64,000 nucleotides of DNA from Callorhinchus milii (taxonomy: Eukaryota), in NCBI RefSeq assembly GCF_018977255.1, contig NW_024704743.1, positions 68,884,001 through 68,948,000 on the forward strand, read 5' to 3'. Below the pieces are notes generated by a model. The model was not told where the DNA came from and searched no databases. It saw nothing but the letters and a program-made list of their open reading frames with translations. Both the position numbers and the translations under genes were made by a program. This document shows positions 1-9,800 of this stretch, in pieces (within the stretch, counting starts at the first letter, position 1; each line of letters opens with the position of its first letter).

Positions 1-656
1 CGCAACATTGCCAGACTCCACCACTGCCTCACCCCTCAGGCTGCCGAAACCCTCACCCACGCATTCATCACCTCAAGGCTCGATTATGGAAATTCCCTCC
101 TCATTGGCCTTCCAAACTCTTTCCTTCACAAGCTGCAGATCATCCAAAACTCTGCAGCTCGTGTACGCTCGCACACCAGGCTTCGTGACCCCATCACTCC
201 TACCCTCGCCCGACCACTGGCTCCCCATCCCTCAGAGGATCGAATTCAAGATCCTCGTCCTCACTTTCAGGGCCATCCATGGCCTTGCCCCCTCCTACCT
301 CTCTGACCTGTTGACTCCCTACCAACCCGCCCGCTCCCTCCATTGAGCGGGCTCCGGCCTGCTCCATGTCTCCCGCCCTACCATCGGGGGCCGGGCTTTC
401 AGCCTCTCTGCCCCCCCTACACTCTGGAACTCCATCCCACGGTCCCTTCGCCTCACTTCCTCCCTTGCCTCCTTCAAGGCCAGTCTCAAGAACCTTCTCC
501 CATCGTGCTTTTGGCCGTCCTCCCACCTCTCCTTCTTCCCTCACCCCTACACCACCCCTCCCCCATGCTCGGGTCCTGACCCCTGGCTGTCCAGAGCCTT
601 GGGTCGTCCTCCCAACGTGAAAGGCACTCTATAAATGTAATTTTGTTGTTGTTGTT
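1..656 (+). mobile_element. L2-clade LINE 3' fragment
   Basis: ORF2 C-terminal remnant [33 protein letters not shown], 3' stem-loop and (TTG)n tail. Confidence 0.88.
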
Positions 657-2226
657 CTATAAAAACACAAGCTCTTTTCTTTCTCAACAACAGATGCATA
701 GTCCCGACATTATTAGTCCAGCAACAGACTTTACTGGGTTCTGGAGCCAAGCCAGCTTGTTCTGCTTTACAAAAGCTTTGTGGCTAATCCCTCGACCAAA
801 AAGTTTACTTTGCATGTCATTTTTATACTTTGTTACATCAGGTTCTGTATGATCTAACGAAAAGCATTTTCTGTTTTATGTAGGTACAGAGTCTGGTGGG
901 GAAGAGAGAAGCCTTGATAAGAAACGGCTGGGCTAGATTTTCGTTTACTGTCTGAAGATAGTTAGTACTTTGAACCAAAAGTCTGAGGTCAGTGACTTGA
1001 AATGACTTGGATTTATTTGCATTACTGGCAGCTGAATACAATGACTGATGTTTTTAAAGCAGATTGACTGCCAACATCAGGGTGTTGTAGATCAGGTCTC
1101 CGAATTAATCCGCATATAATGCAGACACAAATTGTTTCCTAACTTGAAAGTTTGGTTGGTGAATTGGATTCAAATATTCACTTTATTTATCGTTTATTAA
1201 CAAGCCAGTGCCAGTATCCTTTTTGGTTTTTTTAAAAATAGTTTTACCAAAACATTTTGATTATTATTCTAATAACGAGCTATAAACTTTAACATAAGCT
1301 AAAATGTGAACTATTGTAGCTGTTTTTGTTGTATTTTCCAAAGATGGACAATGTAACTTGTAGAATGTTTTATAGAGCAAAGGTGGGTAGATATCAGGAG
1401 CCTTTCATGCTGCATTTGTACAGCTGAGAGTGAAGCAACATCATTCTCAGGGATCTAGCTCTATGAAGCTCACTGAATACCTTGAATTTTTTGGTTCAAT
1501 GCTATTGACTTAAAATGGAAGATTATACATAATGTTGGAAAGCAATCTTATATTCGGTGTTATTTGGCTCCGGTATCCTGCATGTCCCTTGTGTCCTCTG
1601 TTCCACCATCGGTGGCTTTCAGTCACTCCCCCCTGAAACTCTGGAGCACTCTTCCTCTAGCCCACTGCCTTGCCCCTTCCTTCCCCACCTTCAGAAGACC
1701 TTCCTCTTCGACCATGCCTACGGTCACCTCCCCCCAGTTCAGTGTCATGCCCCGCGACTGTCAAGTGTTCTTGGACGCTACCCTGCGTGAGCAACACTAT
1801 TGGTTATGGTTGGTGGCGTTAATTTAGATGCTGATATTCCAGAGATTCCAAATTGAGACTGAATTTAAAGCTGTTCTCTAAAATTCCACAAAATCTTTAA
1901 TTTTAAGATATTGGTTTTAAGCCTAAGGAGGTGACAAATTTGGGATCTATATTTCTGTTTCACACATTGCATAATGTCAGGGTTAAAACACCTGATTTGG
2001 GGGTTCACAACTTAGGATGTGTGGAACTCTTTAAAATAAAATGTAAGTTCTTCCTATATAAAAAACCTTGTTTTGAAAGGAAAGATCTCATGTTGCTACA
2101 TAATAAAAAATACTAATTCTTGCATATGATATAGCGCCAATCATATCAGGATGATATCTTTTTAAATGCTCTTTACATTCAACAATATCGTACTGAACAA
2201 GTTAAACATTGATACCATTATGTTCT

Positions 2227-3690
2227 TACAACAACAGTAACAAAATTACATTTGTATAGCGCCTTTCACATCGGGAGGATGTCCCAAGGTGCTGGACAGT
2301 TTGAGTTTCAGACCTGAGCTGGGGGTTGGGATTGGGGAGGGTGGCAGGTAGGGGGGGAAGGAGGGTGATCAAAAGCACGGTCGAAGAGGAGGGTCTTGAG
2401 ATGGGTTTTGAAGGAGGCAAGGGAGGGGGAGAGGCGGAGGAATTGCAGGATGGGGTTCCAGAGGGTGGGGGTAGAGTGGCAGAAGGCCCGCCCGTCAATG
2501 GTGGGGCTCGCGAGGCGGGGTACATGACGCAGGCCAGAACCCACTGAGCAGAGGGGGTGGGCAGGATGATAGGGGGTTAGGAGGTCGCAGAACGCTTCAG
2601 AGTAACGGATCCCGGGGCTGAGCCGGGGGAGGGGGAGGAAGGTGACCAAAGGTAGAAAAGAAAGGCCTTCAGCCAAGACCTGAAAATAGGAAGAGAGGGT
2701 CAAGGTGAAGGGAGTGAGGAAGGGAGTTCCAGAGCCTTGAGGCGTAGTGGCTGAAAGCACGGCCGCCAAGGGTTGAGCGGAGGACTCGGGGGACAAGGAG
2801 GAGGCCAGACCCGGTGGAACGAAGGAACAGGCACTGTTGTGAGGAGAGAGGAGGTCAGAGAGTTAGGGGGGTGCAGAGGAGTGGAGGGATTTGAAGACAA
2901 GGGTGAGGATCTTGAAGTCGATCCTCTCTGGGACAGGCAGCCAGTGCAGTGTGGCAAGGACGGGTAATCGGGGAGCGGAGTTTGGTGCGGGTAAGAATGT
3001 GGGCGGCAGAGTTTTGTATGACCTGGAATTTATGGATGGTAGTAGAGGGGAGGCTGGCGAGGAGGGCACTTGAATAGTCCAGCCGAGAGGTGACAAAGGC
3101 ATGGACCAGGGTTTCAGCAGCTTTTGGAGTGAGGTATTGGCGGAGACGGGCGATGCGTCAGAGGTGAAAGAAAGTGGTGCTGGTGAGGGAACGGATGTGG
3201 GGGAGGAAGGATAATTGGGCGTCGAACCTGACTCATAGGTTGCGTACGGATTCGGAGAGTTTTAGGGGGAGGTCGGGTAGGTGGAGGAGGTAAGAGCCGT
3301 GTGATTTTAGACGTTGACGAGAGCCAAAGAGTATGGCTTCCGTCTTGTAAACGTTCAACTGAAGGAAATTTGCGCTTATCCAGCTCCTGATGTCTGACAG
3401 GCAGGCTGACAGAACATCAGGGGACTGGGGGTCGCAAAGAGAGGTGGAAAAATAGAGTTGGATGTCATCTGCATACATGTGGAAATGTACCCCATGTCTG
3501 CGGATGACATCCCCAAGAGGGAGCATGTAGATCGGAAAGAGGAGGGGGCCAAGGATGGATCCTTGGGGTACCTCGCAGGTGACCGGGTGAGAGCGGGAGG
3601 AGAAGCCGTTTGTGCAGATGTACTGCTGGCGGCTGACCAGAGCCTGGTCACAGATAGAGAGGATGTCACTTGTGACTTTCACAAGTGCAG
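2227..3690 (-). mobile_element. Two tandem/nested L2 LINE fragments (3' end 2227-2590; RT-containing copy 2591-3690)
   Basis: RT motifs VPQGSILGPLLF and HMYADDIQLY (ORF 3233-3682), LHWLPVPERIDFKIL, and a (TTG)n tail. Confidence 0.9.
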
Positions 3691-4869
3691 TCTCTGTACT
3701 GTGGGCGCAGTCTCTGTACTGTGTAAGTGTAAAGCTTTAGTGCTAGGAGATGGCATGTTGCAGCTTCTAAAACTAATTCTACAGATTGGGTTGCTATCCC
3801 TCTCCAGGTCCCTACATATGTAGCGATCTAAAACTATGCTGATCATTTACATCCCCACAGAGAAGTACATTTACAGTCAAAGTGTCACCTGGCTGTTTGA
3901 CAGTATAATCCTTTGCTCCTCTAATATATATTTAAATTTCTTCACTTTCTCTACTGCATGTATTTTGATGGACAAATGTAAATAAATAGGTATAACATTT
4001 CTGATCTGAGCCATAAGAACTGAACAAAGTCTGATAAATGGTCTCACTGGTGAGTTTTTTTNCGCCTTCAGTTGATCGATTGATGGGAAGGTTCTGCAAT
4101 ATTTCTTCCATTGGAGCTCAACCAAAACCCTAGAATATCTATCTGACTTTTCATCTTGCATTGGTCTAAGTTCATCCTGCACCATTCTGCCTTGGTAAAC
4201 TATTTTCATTGTCCTAGTAGCTCAGAATTGATTATGTTCCAGACCATATTTCATTATTTGAATCCTCGTTTCCACCTTCAAATCCTTCCATGTCCTGACC
4301 CAACTGTACAGCGCCTTGGGACGTCCTCCCGACGTGAAAGGCGCTCAATAAATGGAATCTTGTTGTTGTTGTTGTACCCTCTGTGACCTCCTTCAACCTG
4401 CCTTCTCTCTTCGCCTGCTTCAATGTCTCTCGCCCACCATCAATGGACAATATTTCAGCCATTATGCCCCCTGCGCTCTGGAACTCCATCCCAGGGTCCC
4501 TCCAACTCATTCGCTCCCTTCCCTCTTCAAGGTCCTTCTCAAGATGTCCCTCTTTGCCCACGCTTTCAGTCATCTTTCCCCTCCCCACCCCTTTGGCTCC
4601 CATCCCCCAGCTCAGGTTCTCAAGTAGCCGTGTCAAGTCCTTTGAAACATTGTTCTAGCAATGTGAAAGATGCTATTTAAATGTAAATTATATTATATCT
4701 ATTAATCTATTGCAGGGAGAGATCTCATTTGTACTCTTCAAATAATTAATTACTTGTGTTCTCCAATTTTGTACTTGTATTGTCAGTTATTCTTCCTCAC
4801 AACATTTTACAAACTTGGCTTACATTTGTTTTCAAATGAAAGCAAGGTCAACTTTGTGAAACTCTTTTC

Positions 4870-5250
4870 ATAACTTAAAGCTCCAAATCCTGGAGTCTTC
4901 CTTTTTGCTCTTTTGTGAACCCTCTTCAAAAGTTTAATATCCTTTTGAAGATAGGATGCCCAAACTGTGGCAAATATAACCTTTTCAGTGATCTATACAA
5001 GCTTACAGTAACGTCCTTTGACTTGCAGTCAATTGCCCTTGAGATTTATCCCAGTATGTGATTAACTTTGTTGACAGCAGCTTCACATTGACTGGATGCT
5101 TGTAGTGAATGGTGGGTAATCACCCTCAGACCCTTTTCCTTTGCTTATGGACATCCCTTCATTGTGTGCAGATTTCCTGTTTCCTGTTCCAATATACTTA
5201 AATTGCCTTTACTCTCTGCATAGTTCTAGGTTTTCTGCTGTTTGTGATCA
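4870..5250 (-). mobile_element. Degraded CR1-type LINE fragment
   Basis: Resembles the reverse complement of CR1 ORF2 3' region motifs also seen at 13580-14100. Confidence 0.5.
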
Positions 5251-6756
5251 ATACATAATATAATGATTTGCATGTACGGCTTTGAGGATGTCGGAGTGGC
5301 CAGAATGAACTGTCTGCTTGCAAGCTTTATTCTTCTTCCTCCATCCCCGAAGCTGGTTCTTGTTTTCACATGCACTTCGACTTTTCCCAGACAATAAGTG
5401 GATTGTTGGTGAGGGGTTTTATTTGATGCAGGGAGAGAGGGTTACAAATAATACAGAGAAAACATATTACTCTAGTGCTGTTCCTCCTTGGTAACCAGTA
5501 TGATTATGCAGGATGCGGTTTTAATTCTCTTAAGTAATTTATTGGCTAATGCTTTTGCTAATCCAGTAATGCTTACTGAGTCAGGCCTGATGTCATTTTG
5601 AAGAGATTAAAAATGCAACATGTTCAAATAGTATAGTGAATTCTATCAGTCATTCATTGTTTTGTCCCGTAAACTTTACTGACTTCCAGTAAAATTTCTC
5701 ACTCTGGATTATTGAGTTCCCTTAACTCTCAGTAATGTAAGGCACTGTCTTTATGAACAAGTTTTCTAATTTCTTTACAACTGCAAAATACAATGGGATG
5801 AATTGCATTGAACAGCATTATGTCATTTCTGTGGATCACCCTGCACTCATGACTTACTCAAACAAAATAAACCATTGGCATACATGTTTGCTCAAGACCA
5901 TGCCCTTCTAACCACAAAGTGCTGCCTCTGAAGGCAGTTCCTAGCCTGCGTTGGAATCCAACATCCTTGTCATCAAGTTGAAATTCTTCCACAGCCTCGC
6001 CTTCCCCACCTTCTGCACCTTTTTGAAACCCTACCACCCTGGCCGCTCCCTCTGCACTGCTGATATCATCCTACTCTGTGTCCTCCACCCTATCCGTCAC
6101 ACTATGGGTGGGTGAGTTTTCAGCCATTCTGCACCTGATCTTTGGCGCTTTATCCTGAAGTCCCTCTACTTCGGCCTTTCATCCCCACTTGGAAAGTACA
6201 CCTTAAGACTTATCTTTTTGACCACACTTTTGGTATCCATCACTTCTTCCCCTTCTCCTTCAACCAACCCTGCTGCTCAATTAGCTGTGTGAAGCACACT
6301 GAGATAAAAGTACCGTATAAATTGTTGATGTTGAGTTGTGCAGAATGACAGGTTGGCTTGGCTCACTTGCTGATTTGGAAGATGCTTTTCTTTGCAGTAC
6401 TTATATTAAAAAATGCTTGTACTGTGCAACAAAAAATTGTATTGTGGCTTCCTTCTCCCCCCGCACCCCTGATACCAGTTTGGCTTGGCACTAGCCAAAA
6501 TAAAATAAATCCCAGACTTGCCCTTCAATATCTGTAGCAAAATTCCAGGACATGAAACAATCATGAGTGCACTTCACAAATTTCTTCCAGAGCTTTGTTT
6601 GTATGGAAATATATTCAATACATCCATGCAACTTATTAAAATTGAGATGAAGGTTAGCTTAAAAAGTGCTTTTCGTGAGGCCAGTTCTATATGAACGATA
6701 TTTGACGTTGTACAATCTTTATTTTCACTAGGTTTTGCCTTTGTGAAGTTTGAACA

Positions 6757-6850
6757 ATGCCAGTTTCTACGAGTGCCTTACAGCAGATGGCTGTTTACTT
6801 GGGAATAGTGTCCGGAGGAGGGTGTGCAGTAATGTATTACCTTATACAAA
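6757..6850 (+). CDS. COA1: COA1 first coding exon (exon starts at 6732; N-terminal TM helix)
   Basis: Acceptor ttttcactag|G at 6731/6732, in-frame TGA at 6751-6753 upstream of ATG 6757, donor A|gtaagt at 6851. Confidence 0.92.
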
Positions 6851-9800
6851 GTAAGTACATGGGAACTTAACTTGTTCAACCAATCTAATACCAAGATTAT
6901 TTATAGTGTGCAGTAGAATATACCTGTCACATCAAAAAGATTTTCTTGTACATTTTCCCATTGGCACAAGGCTACAAATGGCTATAAATATGCATGGAAA
7001 AGAATTGAGGCGCTGACAGCAACAACAACAAAATTACATTTATAGAGCGCCTTTCATGTCGAGAGGACGTCCTAAAGTGCTGAACAGTCAGGTGTCGGGG
7101 CCCAAGCATGGGGGAGGGGTGGGGCAGGGGTGAGGGAAGGCAGAGAGGTGGGAGGGAGACCAAAGGCACAGTCGAAGAGAAAGGTCTTGAGAACGGCCTT
7201 GAAGGATGCAAGGGAGGAAGCGAGGAGAAGGGACCGTGGGATGGAGTTCCAGAGTGTGGGGGCAGGGAGGCTGAAAGCCCGGCCACCGATGGTAGGGCGG
7301 GTCGGGTGGGAGACATGGAGCGAGCAGGTTGGTAGCACGGAGGAAGCGAGCAGGTTGGTAGGGAGTCAGCAGGGCAGAGAGGTAGGAGGCGGCAAGGCCA
7401 TGGATGGCCTTAAAGGTGAGGACGAGGATCTTGAACTCGATCCTCTGGGGGATGGGGAGCCAGTGGAGTCGGGCGAGGGTGGGAGTGATGGGGTCACGGA
7501 GCCTGGTGCGTGAGAGTACACGAGCTGCAGAGTTTTGGATGATCTGCAGCTTGTGAAGGGAAGAGTTGGGAAGGCCGATAAAGGAGTTCCCGTAATCGAG
7601 CCTTGATGTGACGAATGCGTGGGTGAGGGTTTCGGCAGCCTGAGGGGTGAGGCAGTGGCGGAGTCTGGCAATGTTGAGGAGTTGATGGTAGGCCATGCTG
7701 GTTATGGTGCGGATGTGGGAGAGAAAGGACAGTTCAGGGTCAAACAAGACACCAGGTTCCTGACTGGCTTAGTGAGGTTGAGTGTGCAGCCGTGGGGGCT
7801 GATGCTGTCAGCGCCTGAGGTGTGGAGGTGCTGGCGCGAGCCAATCAGGAGGGCCTCGGTCTTACTGACGTTGAGTTGGAGAAAGTTGGCCCTCGTCCAG
7901 GGCTTGATGTCCAGGACTTGGAGTCCTGTTACTCAGTGGTTAGAGCACTCGCCTTGCAAGTGAGAGACCTGAGTTCAATTCCAGGCAGGGCGAAATCTTG
8001 GGCAAGTTTCCTTACTCCATACGCCTAATAATAATCCCTCCAAAACAAGAAAACAATAATAAATTGGTAATTTTCAATCTATGACTGTTTGTGGGACATT
8101 GCTGTGCGCAATTGGCTGCCACGTTCGCCCACAAATATACAGTCAATTCACTTTACAGTGTGTTCTGTGAAGCACTTTGGGATGTCCTCTCGACGTGAAA
8201 AGCGCTATATCAAATGCAAGGATTATTATTATTATTATTATTGATGTCGGACAGGCAGTTGGTCAGGACCTCAGTAGTCCTGGAGTTGAGAATGGGAGCA
8301 GAGAGGTAGAGTTGGGTGTCATCCGTGTATATGTGGAAATTTACCCCACGTCTGCGGATGACGTCACCAAGGGGGAGCATGTAGAGGGTGAAGAGGAGGG
8401 AACCGAGGACAGAGCCCTGAGGAACACCGCATGAGACAGTGCGGGGGCTAGAGGAGAAATTGTTTGCCGCGACGAAGTGGAGGCGGTGTGAAAGGTAGGA
8501 CCTGAACCATTCAAGCATTACCATTCGTGGATGCACTCTACACCTCAATGAGCCAGTAAGGAACCTTGGCATCTTGTTCGACCCTCAACTGCCCTTTATA
8601 CCCTTTATACCCCACGTCCATGCCATGACCCGTTCTGTCTTCCCCCACTTCTGCAACATTACCCGGCTGTGCCACTGCCACTTCCCTCAGGCCGCCGAGA
8701 TTATTACTAATAAACCTTCCATTTGATATAGCACTTTATCACACCTTCAATAGCACTTCACGGAATATACTGTAAAGTGAATTGACTATATTTTGTGGGC
8801 GAAACATGGCAGCCAATTGCACATGGCAATGGATTGAATGAACAAATTATTATTTTTAAAAAAGTAATTTTTGAAGGGATTATTACCCCCGGAAATGCAA
8901 TGTGTCAATCAACTAACAGCAGGGGTTACTATTTACTGCTAGGTAAACAGAGGTATGTGGAATAAGGAAACTTGCTTCACATTTCGCCCTGCTCGGGAAT
9001 CAAACCGAGACGAGTGCTTTAATCACTAAGCTACAAGACTCCAAATTGATTGTGCCAATTCCTGCTTGTCGGTTTTCCCAACTCTTCTTCCATTTCTGCA
9101 ATATTACCCACCTCTGCCACTGCCTCAGTAATAATCTTTGCATTTCCTTGCAGTTGGAATTTGATATAACATCTTTCCTGTTAGGAAGACATCTCAAAGT
9201 GCTTCACAGGATTCACTGTTATATGGAGTGATTGCGTATATAGCAGCCTTATCCCAAAGTAGCCCAATGTCTTTACCATCTTTGGCTTTGTCACTTCCAG
9301 GCATTTTCCAATGCCCTATGTACCTTCCACAAGTTCCAGATCATCCAGAACTCTGTAGTCCACATTCTCTCCCTCACCCGCCTCCGTGAGCTAATCATCC
9401 CCATACTCCCCATCCCCCAGTTGGTCAACTTTAAGATCCTCATTCTCACCTTCAAATGCCTTCCACCACTGTATGTCTGTGATCTCCTATGACCCTATTC
9501 ACTTCACTCTGACAGCGCTGACCTGCTTCATTCACCTCACCCATTCTGCACCGCCATTGACTGGCCAGGTTTCAACCGCATTGTCTCCGCAATCTGGTAC
9601 TCTCTTCTGAAATCCTTCCATCTCTCCCTGTCTGCTATCTCTTTGTCTGTGCCTTTGGCTACCTTACAACCCCCATCTCCCTCCCCCAGTTTGGGTCCCT
9701 ACATGAAAGATGTTATATATATGCAAATTGGTGGTGGTGTTGTTGACCTGGTAGCAGCATGTGCTATAGGAGCAGGTAACAACAGAATGACAGAATGTAG

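Noticed and set aside
200..620. Overlapping Pro/Ser- or Gly/Glu-rich ORFs recurring near 2.3, 7.1, 46.8 and 56.4 kb
   Set aside because: Alternative or antisense frames of the same GC-rich L2 3' region
3233..3682. Reverse transcriptase ORF with YADD as an active retroelement or novel RT system
   Set aside because: Truncated, internally deleted and frameshifted L2 remnant with no endonuclease or ORF1; the same applies to 7088-8572, 17934-18668 and 46329-47428
3687..3723. Short direct repeat GCAGTCTCTGTACTGTG x2
   Set aside because: Only two units, consistent with local slippage; not a CRISPR-like array
4062..4062. Single ambiguous base N inside ORF 3877-4209
   Set aside because: Assembly ambiguity; the ORF has no recognisable homology or splice support
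7920..7992. tRNA-Ala(TGC)-like sequences (also near 11780-11851, 25897-25969, 27487-27559)
   Set aside because: They are SINE heads: no proper acceptor stem, and each is joined to the same SINE body and tail
8535..8700. Opposite-strand L2 piece next to the 7016-8520 copy as a twin-priming 5' inversion
   Set aside because: It covers sequence already present in the minus copy (~7640-7780), so it is more likely an independent insertion
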